A stretch of DNA of 37,807 nt from Chlamydiales bacterium (lineage in GTDB: Bacteria; Chlamydiota; Chlamydiia; Chlamydiales; JBDQID01): positions 1-37,807 of the forward strand of contig JBLFWS010000009.1 in the NCBI GenBank assembly GCA_047611865.1. Reading direction: 5' to 3'. Shown here in pieces: positions 1 to 11,865 of the stretch. Made by a program: the position numbers and the translations under genes. Positions within the stretch are counted from its first letter, which is position 1. Every line of letters starts with the position of its first letter. Under the pieces are notes generated by a model. It was not told the origin of the DNA, did no database searches, and saw only the letters and a list, made by a program, of their open reading frames with translations.

Positions 1-568
1 CTAGATCTTTCAAAAACCTCAGTTTTTTTCCTTGGTCAGCTGAAACAGTTCGTGGGTCTATTTCCATAGCTACTTCGCTGCTAAAGTCTATGGAAAAGGA
101 TTGCTTGATATGATCGAAAAGTTTTTGAAATTGATCTTCTGTTAGTTGTGTCGGGGTGCCACCACCAAAATGGATTTGGCGAACAGTGTGTTCTTTTTTC
201 AAAAGCTTTGTGACGAGGTCAATTTCCTTAATTAAATGATCCACATACTTGTCTTGAATTTGCATATTGCGGTTCAAAGTTACAGAACAGCCGCAAAAAA
301 GGCACATTCTACGACAAAAAGGGATGTGGAAATATAGAGAGAGGTCTTGGGCTACTTTATCAAGTTCCTGGATCTTGTTTATGTAGGACAACTGAGGCAT
401 GGATTCCCATTCAGGAGCTGTAGGATAGCTTGTGTACCTGGGTAGTGGGCTATTGAGTTTTTGCAACAAGTCAATATCCAAGTCAACAGATTGTTCATAG
501 GGTTGACGATAGATATTTTGAAAGCCTTCTTCTTGAAGGGGATTTGCTGGGAACTGGGTATTTGTCAT
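1..568 (-). CDS. hemN: Oxygen-independent coproporphyrinogen III oxidase (radical SAM), 5' part; gene runs off the window start
   Basis: Not in the ORF track. Manual translation from ATG at 568 gives PRYTSYPTAPEW, LYFHIPFCRRMCLFCGC (CxxxCxxC) and IHFGGGTP. Lies directly downstream of hemE. Confidence 0.93.
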   Translation of the reverse strand, partial: MTNTQFPANPLQEEGFQNIYRQPYEQSVDLDIDLLQKLNSPLPRYTSYPTAPEWESMPQLSYINKIQELDKVAQDLSLYFHIPFCRRMCLFCGCSVTLNRNMQIQDKYVDHLIKEIDLVTKLLKKEHTVRQIHFGGGTPTQLTEDQFQKLFDHIKQSFSIDFSSEVAMEIDPRTVSADQGKKLRFLKDL

Positions 569-587
569 GTTAACCCTTGTTTTGGTT

Positions 588-1625
588 TTATACTGTAGTA
601 GGGCAGTAGTTGTATTCTTTAACGCAGTCAACCAGGTATTTTACATTTTCCATGCTCATATCTGGTGAGATTCCATGGCCAAGGTTGCAAATATACCCGG
701 GGTTATCTCGCATTTCATCCAACTGTGCGTAGAGATCTCTTTTGATGATCTCTTTTGGAGCATAAAGCAAAAAGGGGTCTAAGTTGCCCTGTAGAGCAAT
801 ATTTTCTGGGGTGATGGAGCGTACTTTACTCATCTCACAACTCCAGTCTAAACTGATGGCGTGTGGTTTCAGCTCAATGAGTTGTTCAATGAAGCTTGAA
901 CTTCCACGACAAAACAGGATAATTGGTACATTGCTTCCTCTTAATCCTTCCACAATTTGTTTAAGGTAGGGGTAAACAAAGTTGTGAAATTGTGAGGGAC
1001 TCAGGTAATTAGCCCAACTATCAAATATTTGCAAGGTCTGTGCCCCGGCATCAACCTGCATTTGTAGGTAATCAATTATGACGTCGGTTAATTTTTGGAG
1101 AAGGGTGTGGAAGGCTCTTTCGTCATGATAGGCCAATTGACGAGTTTTTTTAAGGTCTCTGCTAGATCGACCCTCTATCATGTAGCTGGCAATTGTGAAG
1201 GGAGCTCCACTGAAGCCGATTAGGGGAATGTTTAATTGAGGGCGCACCAATTTTATGGTTTGAGCCACATAGTCGAGCTTTTCCCGCACATCTATGGTGG
1301 GGAGGTTCTCAATATCACGGACATTCTGTATCGGGCTGTCAATGACAGGTCCCATGCCTTCGGCGAAATCCAGGCCTAAGCCAAGTGCTTCAACGATTAC
1401 GAGTATATCGGAAAACAGAATGGCTGCATCTACTCCTAATAAATCAACAGGCAGGAGAGTAACCTCTGCGGCAAGTTCTGGTTTTCTGAATAGTTCTAGA
1501 AGCCGGTGCTTTTTCCTGAAAGCTTGGTATTGAGGCATATAGCGACCTGCCTGTCGCATCAGCCAAACTGGAGGACGGCCGCTATCATTTTGACAATGTA
1601 AAGCACTTAGAAATAATGGGTCCAT
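588..1625 (-). CDS. hemE: Uroporphyrinogen decarboxylase
   Basis: PPVWLMRQAGRY, AAILFSDIL, IGFSGAPFT, QIFDSW and NLGHG motifs. Confidence 0.97.
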   Translation of the reverse strand: MDPLFLSALHCQNDSGRPPVWLMRQAGRYMPQYQAFRKKHRLLELFRKPELAAEVTLLPVDLLGVDAAILFSDILVIVEALGLGLDFAEGMGPVIDSPIQNVRDIENLPTIDVREKLDYVAQTIKLVRPQLNIPLIGFSGAPFTIASYMIEGRSSRDLKKTRQLAYHDERAFHTLLQKLTDVIIDYLQMQVDAGAQTLQIFDSWANYLSPSQFHNFVYPYLKQIVEGLRGSNVPIILFCRGSSSFIEQLIELKPHAISLDWSCEMSKVRSITPENIALQGNLDPFLLYAPKEIIKRDLYAQLDEMRDNPGYICNLGHGISPDMSMENVKYLVDCVKEYNYCPTTV

Positions 1626-1643
1626 AGGTCTTACTTATGCCTC

Positions 1644-3659
1644 CTATAAGATTCGTTCTAGAATAGATTCGACTGTAAAACCAAATTCTTTTGCGAGGTC
1701 TCCCGCAGGTGCTGAGGCCCCGAAGCCTTCTTGGGCGATGGCAATACCATCCATTCCGATGTATTTGTGCCAGCCAAGCTCTACGCCGGCTTCAATAGAT
1801 ACTCGCTTGCCAAGATCTCCACCAACAACTGTTGATTTGTACTTATCACTTTGATTATCAAATATTTGCCAACAAGGCATAGAAACGACTCGTACATCTT
1901 TACCTATGTTCTCAAGGGCTGCAGTAACTTCAAACGCTAGTGATAGCTCTGATCCGGTTGCAAATAGGGTGAAGTCGGGCTTTTCCTTTTCTTTTTTTAC
2001 GATATAAGCTCCTCGTCCCACTCCTTCAGAAAATGCTACGTCTGTTCCTTGAAGATCAGGTAATTTTTGGCGAGAGAGTGCAAAGGCTGTAGGGCCCTGA
2101 TACTGAAGAGCTGCGATCCATGCCATCTTGACTTCATGATTGTCGGCAGGACGGATGAATTGTAAATTTGGAATGGCGCGCAATGCAGCACAATGCTCAA
2201 CTGGTTGATGTGTCGGACCGTCTTCACCTAGAAAAATTGAGTCATGAGTGAATTGGTAGATCACCTGTTCTTTCATGAGAGCAGAGAGTCTTATTGCATT
2301 TCGCATATAATCTGAAAAGGCAAGGAAAGTTCCACAGAAAGGTGTGATCATTTTAGTTTGTGCAAGTCCTATACTCATAGTGGCCATACAAAATTCTCGC
2401 ACACCATATTTGATGTTCCTACCTGAAAATAGGCCAGGAGCTACGATTCCTTGATCTTTTATCATTGTCATATCAGAGCAGGATAAGTCTGCAGAGCCGC
2501 CATATAATTGGGGGAGTTGAGATGATAGGTAATTGATGACTTCGTTGGATGCGATTCTTCCTGCAAGTGGACTTCCCATTTTAATATTTTTTAAGTCCAT
2601 TTCAAGTGTTTCAGGGAGATACTTGTCCTTCATGCGTTCGTATTCGTGGTAAAGGTCAGGGTTGGCCTCGGCCCATTTGAGGAAAAGTTCTTGCCATTGA
2701 TTTTCGAGAGCTGAGTCGTTCTCCAGTTTTTTGTCGAAAAATGCACGTACAGCTTGAGGAACAAAGAAATCCTTTTCAGATAGTCCGAGCTGTTCTTTTG
2801 TTTTGCTGACTTCCTCTTCTCCTAAAGGAGATCCGTGGACTTTGTGTGTACCTGCTTTATTGGGAGAGCCCTTTCCTATTGTGGTGTGAGTAACAATAAG
2901 GCAGGGTTTTGTTTGGTTTTCACGAGCTTCGTTGCAGATAGCAAAAATAGCTTCGAGGTTGTGGCCGTCAACTTCATATACGTCCCATCCATAGGACTTG
3001 TATCTCATCTTGGTATCTTCAGAACAGGATTCTGAAAGAGGGCCATCAAGGGATATTTGATTGGCATCGTAAAGGACGATGAGGTTGTCAAGGTGTAGGT
3101 GACCAGCCAGAGAGGATGCCTCTGATGTCACTCCTTCCATGATATCTCCGTCTCCTGCAAGAACGAAGACTTTGTTATCGAAAATCTTGTGATCTTCAGT
3201 ATTAAAGCGTGAGGCTAATAGTTTAAGGCCTAGTGCTTGTCCTACGGCATTTCCGTATCCTTGTCCGAGAGGGCCTGTAGTCGTTTCCACCCCGGGAGTT
3301 TCAAAATTTTCTGGATGACCAGGGGTTTTGGAATGTAGTTGCCTAAAGTTTTGGATTTCTTCGAGGGATAAGTCAAAACCGGAAAGATGTAGGCAGGAAT
3401 ACAATAGCATGGATCCGTGTCCAGCAGAAAGAATAAAACGGTCACGATTAGCCCAAGAAGGGCTCTTTGGATTGTGCCTCAGGCCAAAACCATAAAGGTA
3501 TGCCCCAACTTCGGCGCAGCCCATAGGTAGTCCTGGGTGACCAGAGTTAGCCTTTTGAATGGCATCGATAGATAAATGGCGAATGGTATTCGCAACTTTA
3601 CCAAGGATTTTCTTAAGCTCAGGATCCAGAATGGATGTGGTGTCTACTTTTGTTTCCAT
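1644..3659 (-). CDS. tkt: Transketolase
   Basis: ANSGHPGLPMG, RDRFILSAGHGS, GDGDIMEG (TPP binding) and THDSIFLGEDGPTHQPVE. Confidence 0.98.
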   Translation of the reverse strand: METKVDTTSILDPELKKILGKVANTIRHLSIDAIQKANSGHPGLPMGCAEVGAYLYGFGLRHNPKSPSWANRDRFILSAGHGSMLLYSCLHLSGFDLSLEEIQNFRQLHSKTPGHPENFETPGVETTTGPLGQGYGNAVGQALGLKLLASRFNTEDHKIFDNKVFVLAGDGDIMEGVTSEASSLAGHLHLDNLIVLYDANQISLDGPLSESCSEDTKMRYKSYGWDVYEVDGHNLEAIFAICNEARENQTKPCLIVTHTTIGKGSPNKAGTHKVHGSPLGEEEVSKTKEQLGLSEKDFFVPQAVRAFFDKKLENDSALENQWQELFLKWAEANPDLYHEYERMKDKYLPETLEMDLKNIKMGSPLAGRIASNEVINYLSSQLPQLYGGSADLSCSDMTMIKDQGIVAPGLFSGRNIKYGVREFCMATMSIGLAQTKMITPFCGTFLAFSDYMRNAIRLSALMKEQVIYQFTHDSIFLGEDGPTHQPVEHCAALRAIPNLQFIRPADNHEVKMAWIAALQYQGPTAFALSRQKLPDLQGTDVAFSEGVGRGAYIVKKEKEKPDFTLFATGSELSLAFEVTAALENIGKDVRVVSMPCWQIFDNQSDKYKSTVVGGDLGKRVSIEAGVELGWHKYIGMDGIAIAQEGFGASAPAGDLAKEFGFTVESILERIL

Positions 3660-3774
3660 AATACCTAATTACTTTTGATGATGGTAAGAGATTGAGTTGA
3701 TGAAAAGCCTATCTACTAGCGGATTAATCCTGCAAGGAAAAATGCATAAACATGTGTATGTGAGGGTATATGAT

Positions 3775-5388
3775 TTAAGAAATTGTGCTTCTTGAGGTAC
3801 TTTTGACTATTTTCATAATATCACTTATTCGAGAAGTATAAGTATGTTTTTCCATAACGGTCTGGTACCCGTGCTCAGCAATCTCAAGTCTTTTGTCCTC
3901 GTGGTGTAAGTAATATTCAACTATTTCACAAAGATCGCTTAGATCTCTGAAAACGACGAGGTCCTTTCCTACATCGAAAAGTTTTGACAGATCACTTTTG
4001 TAATTACTAAGAAGAAAACCTTTACTTCCAAGGATATCAAAAACTCTTTGAGGGAGACCAGAGTCTACATATGCTCTGATGATATTTAGATTAATTTTGG
4101 AAATACGGAAAATTTTGCTCATTTCTTCGTAGTGTTCTGCATAGCCCATGAATTTGAGATTCTTACCCTGAACTGTTTCCCAAGATTTGTCTCCGTATAC
4201 TTTTACCTCATGTATCTGGGATAGAGACTTAATGATCTTGATTCTTTCTATTTCGTTATATTTTTTTAATAAGAGAAAGGAGAGCTTGTCCTCGGGAGTA
4301 TAAAAATAGTCATCGTTTGACATCCCAAAGGAGGTTTCCATTTCAAATCTTTTGATGAAATGATGATCTATGAGAGACTTGAGGATGTTTTGCTCTCCGG
4401 CCATGCTTTGAGCTTCAAATAGTCTGCTTATATCATTGCGTGTTTGTGTTCTTAAGCGGTTGCTAATTTGGTATTTATTATATTCATTTTCACTGCCAGT
4501 TGTTCCGACAAAGCTGATTTCGGATGCGTATTTTTCATATTCATTTTTTAAAATGGGTATTTTGTTAAACCGATAGGGGTCAACAGCTACGGGCATGTGA
4601 AAAATATTGGTAAAACCCCTTTTTTTCAGGTCCTTTACGATCAGATTTTCGTAAGAAAATATATAAAAATTCTTGTGGTTCAAATTGTCTTGATAAATTC
4701 GTAGGGAAGGGCTGTCCACCAACCATCCGATGTAAGGGATATTTCTCTTTTTACATACGGCAAGAGTGGCGCTACAAAAGTTTATTGAAAATAGATAGTC
4801 GGGTGTTGTTTCGTCAATAATTTCTAACATATGTTCCTCATCGGTAGGTAGTTCGGTGAGGACTTCATAGCCCAGGTCAGTAAAGGCAAGCATGCAATCA
4901 TAAGCAATGGTGGGATGACGTAACATCAGAACTTTTTCTTTTTTTTTCTTTTCTGACGCAAGAAGGTGTTTTATTACATTCGAGTAGAAAACTTGGTCTG
5001 TAATAATAGATTTTCCTTTAACGAGCGAGCTGGAGCGAGTGGGTAGGATGGCATTGAAAACTTCATTTTCAAATAGGAAGTGTACTCTTGGATTACGAAG
5101 AAAAGTCGTATATTCAGGCTGCTTAGAGAGGAAATCCTCGAATATGCGATGTTTTTCAATGACATATACGGGGTGGGAGGTTTTATTTAGGATTTCTTGA
5201 AGTTCATATCCCAATCCGAGGCCAAGGATAACGCAGGTTTTAGAACTGTCTATTTGCGAGATTTTGGCGGAACGCCTTGGTCTATTTTGAGAATATATGT
5301 AGGACCAGGTATTTCCATGTCTCACCTTGCAGGTGTACTCTCCATTTCTTGCTTTCTCGATTACGATTTCTTCATCACTAAAGGTCAT
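3775..5388 (-). CDS. CgeB/DUF3880-type glycosyltransferase (GT-B) with a Maf-like N-terminal segment
   Basis: C-terminal SKINLN...GLPQRVFDILGSKGFLLS...IAEHGYQTVMEKHTY is typical of CgeB/Glyco_trans_1_2. The N-terminal EKARNGEYT...YIYSQNRP...ILGLGLGYEL resembles Maf-family N-termini. Start placed at ATG 5388 after AAGGA (the ORF track extends to TTG 5406). Confidence 0.75.
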   Translation of the reverse strand: MTFSDEEIVIEKARNGEYTCKVRHGNTWSYIYSQNRPRRSAKISQIDSSKTCVILGLGLGYELQEILNKTSHPVYVIEKHRIFEDFLSKQPEYTTFLRNPRVHFLFENEVFNAILPTRSSSLVKGKSIITDQVFYSNVIKHLLASEKKKKEKVLMLRHPTIAYDCMLAFTDLGYEVLTELPTDEEHMLEIIDETTPDYLFSINFCSATLAVCKKRNIPYIGWLVDSPSLRIYQDNLNHKNFYIFSYENLIVKDLKKRGFTNIFHMPVAVDPYRFNKIPILKNEYEKYASEISFVGTTGSENEYNKYQISNRLRTQTRNDISRLFEAQSMAGEQNILKSLIDHHFIKRFEMETSFGMSNDDYFYTPEDKLSFLLLKKYNEIERIKIIKSLSQIHEVKVYGDKSWETVQGKNLKFMGYAEHYEEMSKIFRISKINLNIIRAYVDSGLPQRVFDILGSKGFLLSNYKSDLSKLFDVGKDLVVFRDLSDLCEIVEYYLHHEDKRLEIAEHGYQTVMEKHTYTSRISDIMKIVKSTSRSTIS

Positions 5389-5426
5389 GGGAATTCCTTT
5401 GCGCAATCAATTTGACAAATTAATTA

Positions 5427-5443
5427 TGCATATGTTGTGCCAA
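5427..5443 (-). promoter_or_regulatory. Putative sigma54 (-24/-12) promoter of the glycosyltransferase
   Basis: Minus strand TTGGCACAACATATGCA matches TGGCAC-N5-(T/A)TGCA with exact GG-N10-GC spacing, about 40 nt upstream of the ATG. Confidence 0.6.
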
Positions 5444-5811
5444 TCAGGGTCAAAGGAAAGTATTACTGGAGCACATAAAAGAGTAATGGGAATTATTTTT
5501 TATGTTGTGTCTCAGTGAAATAAAACTTATAAGTTAATAAGGTGGCTTCTTAGGCATTGAGGTTTTTTTCGGCTTATACTGAGCAGGACATAAGCTTTGA
5601 ATTTGTTGAGAGAGATTTTTTGGCTTATTAAGCGCTTAAATTTCAGTATGCTTGAGTCTGAATGTGAGATTTATGCGTTTTAATAGACGGAAAAAGATCG
5701 CTCGCAAAGTTAAATCTTGTGGCTGAGTCCGGTATACAACAAACTAGAGATCTGATAATCTCTTAGGGAGTTAAATCTTAAGATATTTAAAATAAGACTG
5801 ATGAGAGATCT

Positions 5812-8442
5812 ATGCACACACAGGACGTACGCCGTAAGTTTTTGAATTACTTCAAGGAAAAGAATCACACTATTGTAGCATCTGCTCCCGTAGTACCCCA
5901 TGATGACCCGACCCTTCTTTTTAACAACGCAGGGATGAACCAGTTTAAGGACGTTTTTTTGGGGAACAGTGTAAGGGATTATAATCGTGCTACATCTAGT
6001 CAAAAAAGCATTCGTGTTGGAGGGAAGCATAACGACCTCGATAACGTTGGCCACACTCATCGACATCTAACTTTCTTTGAAATGCTTGGGAATTTTTCCT
6101 TCGGAGATTATTTTAAAAAAGAAGCTATTGATTATTCCTGGGAGCTCTCTACTGAAGTTTTTGGCTTTGAAGAAGAAAAAATCTGGGCTACGGTTTTTCG
6201 TGAAGATGACGAAGCTTACGAACTTTGGAAAAAGTACCTGCCAGAAAACAAAATTGTCCGTTTTGATGAAAAAGATAATTTTTGGGCTATGGGAGATACT
6301 GGCCCTTGTGGTCCTTGTTCAGAGTTGCATTATGATCGTGGGGATAAATACGGTTCTGCTACTCACCCTTACGAAGATAGTACGGGGGATCGCTTCCTGG
6401 AGTTTTGGAACTTGGTTTTCATGCAATATAATAAAGATGAATCAGGTGTTTTGACTCCTCTTCCCAACCCTTGTATCGATACAGGAGCTGGTCTGGAGCG
6501 AATTGTAGGCCTTCTTATGGGGGTTGAGTCCGTGTTTCAGACGGATGTACTCCGAAGCCTGATTGCTCAGATCGAAGAAGTCTCGGGCGTAAAGTATGAT
6601 TCTGAAAATAAAGCTATGGCCCCTGCTTTTCACGTAATTGCTGATCACCTTCGCTCTCTTTCTTTTGCCATTGCTGATGGAGCCCAGCCCGGTAATGTTG
6701 ATAGAGGTTATGTGTTGCGAAAGATTCTTAGGCGTGCGGTAAGATATGGACGCACTCTTGGAATGCATGAACCGTTTCTGGCTAAAATTTATCCGCGCCT
6801 ACTTTCCACAATGGGAGAGGATTATCCCGAATTGAAAACAGCTCAAACACGGATTCAGGATCTTCTAACTACTGAGGAAGAGGGTTTTATGCGTACCCTT
6901 CGGCGTGGAGGAAGTCTTCTCTCGGAGATTATTGATTACGCTCGCCGTCACGCCAAGAGAATAAGTGGGGATGATGCTTTTAAACTCAAAGATACTTACG
7001 GCTTTCCCATTGAGGAAATTCTTCTGATAGCCAAAGATTCAGGGCTTCACGTTGATCTAGATCGTTTCGAGGAGCTTGAAAAAGAGGCTAGAGATCGTTC
7101 TAGAAAAGTACATAAATCTACAAAACAGGTGGCCGTAGAGAACTTGTTTGTAGACTACAACAAAGAGAACGGTCCCTGTGAATTTCTTGGTTACGGAAAT
7201 GACATTTGTGAAGCTTCAGTCACAGCTATTGTCGTGGATGGATTGTTTGTCGAAAGTATTGTTGCTGGAAAGAAGGGTATGATTGTTTTGGACAAATCAT
7301 CTTTCTATGCAGAAATGGGTGGTCAGGTTGGAGACACAGGTTTTTTGCAAAGTAGTGAAGGCCTTTTTGATGTTAGAGACTGTCAAGCTCCCTATTCCGG
7401 AGTGATTGCTCATCTGGGAGTTGTGGAAAAAGGGAAACTTTCTTTAGGTGACTCTGTAAGATGCGAAGTAGACGGTAAGAGACGTCAAAAAATTGCGAAT
7501 AATCATACCGCGACACATTTGCTTCATTGGGCTTTACATGAAGTTCTGGGAGAACACATTCGTCAAGCCGGCTCTGTAGTAGACGACCAGCGTTTGAGGT
7601 TTGACTTTAGCCATCATAAAGCTCTTACGTCGGATGAAATTCGTGAAATAGAGAACCTGGTGAATGCAAAGGTACGGGAGAACCGATCTGTAGATTCTTA
7701 TGAGCTTTCCTATGAGGAAGTTCAGGAGAGACAGGATATAAAGCAGTTTTTCGGGGATAAATATGGGGATAAAGTCCGTGTTGTCGATATTGATTATTCC
7801 AAAGAATTATGTGGGGGAATCCATACTTCACAAGTAGGTAACATCGGCTTGTTCCGTATCACGAAGGAAAGTAGTATCGCAGCTGGGATACGCCGTATTG
7901 AAGCAACGTCTGGTTTTGAAGCAGAAATCTTTTCTCGCCAAGGGGAAGATTCCCTTGGATTGTTGGCAGAATTGCTGAAGACACACCCTAATAAATTGAC
8001 TTCAAGAGTTAATAAGCTCTTAGAAGAAAATCACGATCTGACACAGGTAGTGAAGGAGCTGAAAAAAGGGCAGATGGGCGATGTTCTAAATTCTGTTATG
8101 GATAAGCTTGAAATTATTGAGGGTACGCCAATACTCACAGCTATAGTTTCAATGGATGCTGGAGAATTACGCACATTCGCTGGTGTTGTAATGGACAAGA
8201 TGAAATCCGGGGTTCTGGTTCTGGGCACTGCTTCTGACGGGAAATGTAATATTTTGGCAAAAGTAAGTGATGATCTTCAGAATCAGGGGATTAAGGCTAA
8301 TGAAATTATTAAGACCATAGCCCCCATTATCGGTGGTGGTGGCGGAGGAAAATCAGACCTTGCCCAGGCAGGTGGTAAGGCACCAGAAAGATTGTTGGAA
8401 GCCCTTGCAAAAGCACGAGAACTATTTGAGGTAAAGTGTTAA
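5812..8442 (+). CDS. alaS: Alanine--tRNA ligase
   Basis: [34 protein letters not shown], editing-site HTATH and ELCGGIH, C-terminal GGGGGK. Confidence 0.99.
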   Translation: MHTQDVRRKFLNYFKEKNHTIVASAPVVPHDDPTLLFNNAGMNQFKDVFLGNSVRDYNRATSSQKSIRVGGKHNDLDNVGHTHRHLTFFEMLGNFSFGDYFKKEAIDYSWELSTEVFGFEEEKIWATVFREDDEAYELWKKYLPENKIVRFDEKDNFWAMGDTGPCGPCSELHYDRGDKYGSATHPYEDSTGDRFLEFWNLVFMQYNKDESGVLTPLPNPCIDTGAGLERIVGLLMGVESVFQTDVLRSLIAQIEEVSGVKYDSENKAMAPAFHVIADHLRSLSFAIADGAQPGNVDRGYVLRKILRRAVRYGRTLGMHEPFLAKIYPRLLSTMGEDYPELKTAQTRIQDLLTTEEEGFMRTLRRGGSLLSEIIDYARRHAKRISGDDAFKLKDTYGFPIEEILLIAKDSGLHVDLDRFEELEKEARDRSRKVHKSTKQVAVENLFVDYNKENGPCEFLGYGNDICEASVTAIVVDGLFVESIVAGKKGMIVLDKSSFYAEMGGQVGDTGFLQSSEGLFDVRDCQAPYSGVIAHLGVVEKGKLSLGDSVRCEVDGKRRQKIANNHTATHLLHWALHEVLGEHIRQAGSVVDDQRLRFDFSHHKALTSDEIREIENLVNAKVRENRSVDSYELSYEEVQERQDIKQFFGDKYGDKVRVVDIDYSKELCGGIHTSQVGNIGLFRITKESSIAAGIRRIEATSGFEAEIFSRQGEDSLGLLAELLKTHPNKLTSRVNKLLEENHDLTQVVKELKKGQMGDVLNSVMDKLEIIEGTPILTAIVSMDAGELRTFAGVVMDKMKSGVLVLGTASDGKCNILAKVSDDLQNQGIKANEIIKTIAPIIGGGGGGKSDLAQAGGKAPERLLEALAKARELFEVKC

Positions 8443-11400
8443 AAGATCTTGTTGCTAGTAAAAAGCTTTTTGCCTTGTGTAAGGCAGTAGAGAAGGAAAA
8501 GACTTTCGTAATGGAGGGCCTTTGGGATTCTCCTAAGGCGGTTTTATCATCCATTGTGCAGGAAGTCACTGGCAAAAATATCTTAATCATTACTGGAAAG
8601 GTGAAAGAAGAGTCTCGTATATTTGATGACTTTCCGATGTTCTATGATGGCCTCGTCGAAGACTTTCCCTCTTGGGAAACTCTACCTTCAGAAAATATTA
8701 CTCCGAGTCCAGATATTGTTGGCGAACGTTACCGAATTTTAAAAAATATTATCGATAGCAAAAAACCGTGCATCCTCATCAGCAGTGTACAAGCCTGTCT
8801 TCAAAAAGTGATCTCTTCCGAGAGACTTAAGTCCTTGTGCATTACTTTGAAAGTGGGAGAAGAAATTTCTTTCAGCAAATTTGTAGACCGTCTTGTAGAG
8901 ATGGGTTATCAACGCAAAGTTGTTGCTGCCGATAAGGGTGAATTTGCTGTTCGTGGTGGAATAGTTGATGTTTTTCCTGTGGGGTCACCAGACCCCATCC
9001 GTGTGGAATTTTGGGGTGATGAAGTTGAGTCCATGCGGCATTATGACCCTATTGGTCAAAAGTCAGTGGAGAAAATCTCGAAGATTGAAATTACCCCATC
9101 ATTGGAAATGGAACTTCTTCAAAATGAGGAAAATCTGTCCACAATTTTAGATTATCTTGGGCCAGAGACAGTAGTTATTTTTGATGATATTGTGGCTATA
9201 GAAGATCGTTATGTGGCACTAGAGGGAATACCCGGGGCCGTTTCGAGATCTTTTAGTAGTTTTCATGAGTTTTTTGATAGCATGGCAGATCTTCAAAAAT
9301 TCTTTTGGACTCATTCGGATGTAGAATCTTTGAGTGAAGTCAAGGTTGAAAGGAATGAAGAAGAGAAAGCTTATTCTTCAAGGTCTTTGTTCCATACGAT
9401 AAATTTCGAAATTTTTGATCGGAAAATTACTGCAAAACGTTGGTATCACCCTTTTCATAGGGTAAGGGAATTTCTCTGTCCGGTGGAATCAGCTTCAGGA
9501 GAGGTTTCAGGAGAGAAACTCCTTGAGTCTATCTCGGGTATATCAAGCAACGGGATGGAGTTAAAGTTTATATGTAGCACGGACTCAGATGAAAATCATC
9601 TAAAGCAGCAGCTTTCTATTTTTGACGTTTCTTTGCCTGAAAAAACAGAATTCAAGAGAGGTTATTTATCCAGTGGCTTTATCCTTGAAGATGTTAAACA
9701 AGCGATTGTTCCTCTTACAGAGTTTACCCGACGATTTAAAATTAGGCGCCAGAAGCAGCGCAGTACTTATCACTCTACTCCTTCTGAGATGCATGAACTG
9801 AAGGAGGGAGACCTGGTAGTTCATATCAATGCGGGTGTAGGAAAGTTTCAAGGAATAGAGCGGCAGAAAGATCACAATAGTGTAGATGCAGAGTTTTTTG
9901 TGATTGAGTACGCCGATAACGCAAAAATGTATGTTCCTTTTTCTCAAGCTCACCTAATTACGAAGTATGTGGGAACAGGGGAAAACACTAACCCGAAACT
10001 TCACGCCCTTGGTAGCAGTCGTTGGAAAAAAACCAGACAACAGACCGAAAAAGCTATTGTAGGCTACGCCTCAAGTCTTCTTCAATTATATGCAGAACGC
10101 AAGCTTAAACGGGGTTTCGTTTATCCCTCAGATAGTGAAGATTGTATTAATTTTGAAAAGGACTTTCCTTTTTTTGAAACTGAAGACCAGCTAGCAGCCA
10201 TTAGTGCCTTAAAGGCGGATATGTATTCAGATAAACCGATGGACCGCCTGGTTTGTGGGGATGTTGGATATGGGAAAACTGAAGTGGCGATGAGAGCTGC
10301 ATTTAAAGCTGTTGTAGACGGGGGGAAGCAGGTCGCTGTTTTGGTACCTACTACTGTTTTGGCTTTGCAGCATTTTGAAACCTTTGTGGAAAGAATGTGG
10401 AACTACCCTGTGAAAATTGGTGTCTTATCCCGTTTTCGCTCTTTCAAAGAAAGCAACGAGACTCTTGAAGGTGTTGCAAATGGTAGTGTTGATATTCTGA
10501 TAGGGACTCATCGCATCATAGGCAAGGACGTAGTTTACAAAGACTTAGGTTTGGTGGTTATCGATGAAGAGCAGCGTTTTGGTGTTAGGGCTAAAGAGTA
10601 TTTAAAGACTCTTAGGGCTTCTGTTGACTGCCTTTCATTGTCAGCAACACCGATTCCAAGAACTCTTTATATGGCTTTACTGGGAGCGCGTGATATGTCA
10701 ACAATTGTTACGCCCCCTCAAGATCGGCTACCTATTAAGACAATCGTTTGTGAATCTGACGATCAGGTTATGAAAAATGCTTTACTTCGTGAATTAACTC
10801 GTGATGGACAAGCCTATGTCATTCATAATCGCGTAGAATCTATCGAAAGGGTAGCCGAAAAAATTCGAAAACTACTTCCTAACGCCAAAGTACTAACGGC
10901 TCATGGGCAAATGAAGGCAGAAGAAATAGATCAAGCCTTTCATGCGTTCAAAAGTGGGAAGATTGATATTCTTGTGGCTACCACAATTGTGGAAAACGGT
11001 ATTGACATACCTAATGCTAATACCATTTTGATAGACCGTGCGGATACATTTGGAGTTGCTGATTTATATCAACTCCGTGGGAGGGTCGGAAGGTGGAATC
11101 GACGTGCATATGCCTATTTTCTTACTCCCCCAAAAAGAGTTATCCCCGCTATCGCAAGAAAACGCCTTGAAGCTATTGTTGAAGCTGGCGGAGGTTATGG
11201 TGGGGGGATGAAGGTGGCAATGCGTGATCTGGAAATCCGAGGGGCTGGAAATATTCTCGGAACAGAACAGTCGGGTCACGTAACTTCCATAGGCTTTCAT
11301 TTTTATTGTAAGCTTCTGAAGCGTACCATTGAAGCGCTCAGGGGAGATCTACCTTCAAAATTATGCGACACGAAGATGGAGTTTTCTTACGATGCCCGGC

Positions 11401-11744
11401 TTCCTGAAGATTATGTAAATGCAACGAGCTTGCGTCTTGAGCTATACCAACGGCTTGGAGAAGCTTTTTCATGGAAGGAAGTAGACAGTATTATGGAGGA
11501 AATTAAGGATCGATTCGGTTCTCCCCCAAAACCTGTCTTGTGGCTCTATCACCTCAATCGTATTCGGGTTTTTGCATCCCGCAATAATATTATGACCATG
11601 AAGATAAATAAAATGTCTCTTCTGGTTGAAGGCCGAGAGAAGGGTTATGCTGTTACGAGGAAAATGTTACTCAATGAAGCAAAGTCTCCAAAAGATTTAG
11701 AAACAAAAGTCTTGGCAGCTTTGAAGAAAAGCTTTAACCTATAG
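8436..11744 (+). CDS. mfd: Transcription-repair coupling factor
   Basis: [14 protein letters not shown], CarD-like [50 protein letters not shown] and a TRCF C-terminus. The GTG start overlaps the alaS end. Confidence 0.98.
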   Translation: MLKDLVASKKLFALCKAVEKEKTFVMEGLWDSPKAVLSSIVQEVTGKNILIITGKVKEESRIFDDFPMFYDGLVEDFPSWETLPSENITPSPDIVGERYRILKNIIDSKKPCILISSVQACLQKVISSERLKSLCITLKVGEEISFSKFVDRLVEMGYQRKVVAADKGEFAVRGGIVDVFPVGSPDPIRVEFWGDEVESMRHYDPIGQKSVEKISKIEITPSLEMELLQNEENLSTILDYLGPETVVIFDDIVAIEDRYVALEGIPGAVSRSFSSFHEFFDSMADLQKFFWTHSDVESLSEVKVERNEEEKAYSSRSLFHTINFEIFDRKITAKRWYHPFHRVREFLCPVESASGEVSGEKLLESISGISSNGMELKFICSTDSDENHLKQQLSIFDVSLPEKTEFKRGYLSSGFILEDVKQAIVPLTEFTRRFKIRRQKQRSTYHSTPSEMHELKEGDLVVHINAGVGKFQGIERQKDHNSVDAEFFVIEYADNAKMYVPFSQAHLITKYVGTGENTNPKLHALGSSRWKKTRQQTEKAIVGYASSLLQLYAERKLKRGFVYPSDSEDCINFEKDFPFFETEDQLAAISALKADMYSDKPMDRLVCGDVGYGKTEVAMRAAFKAVVDGGKQVAVLVPTTVLALQHFETFVERMWNYPVKIGVLSRFRSFKESNETLEGVANGSVDILIGTHRIIGKDVVYKDLGLVVIDEEQRFGVRAKEYLKTLRASVDCLSLSATPIPRTLYMALLGARDMSTIVTPPQDRLPIKTIVCESDDQVMKNALLRELTRDGQAYVIHNRVESIERVAEKIRKLLPNAKVLTAHGQMKAEEIDQAFHAFKSGKIDILVATTIVENGIDIPNANTILIDRADTFGVADLYQLRGRVGRWNRRAYAYFLTPPKRVIPAIARKRLEAIVEAGGGYGGGMKVAMRDLEIRGAGNILGTEQSGHVTSIGFHFYCKLLKRTIEALRGDLPSKLCDTKMEFSYDARLPEDYVNATSLRLELYQRLGEAFSWKEVDSIMEEIKDRFGSPPKPVLWLYHLNRIRVFASRNNIMTMKINKMSLLVEGREKGYAVTRKMLLNEAKSPKDLETKVLAALKKSFNL

Positions 11745-11865
11745 CCCCTTTTAAGGTTCTTTTTTCAGTTTTTTGGAAAATAGTTAAAATTTAGGTTGAA
11801 CAGATTCGTACTATTGTGAAAAAAATGACCTTTGAACTTAGAGTAGGACTTTAGGGAGAGAACAA

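Noticed and set aside
5710..6066. 118-aa antisense ORF over the alaS start, and the other short antisense/overlapping ORFs in the track
   Set aside because: They are shadows of well-supported genes, with no motifs.
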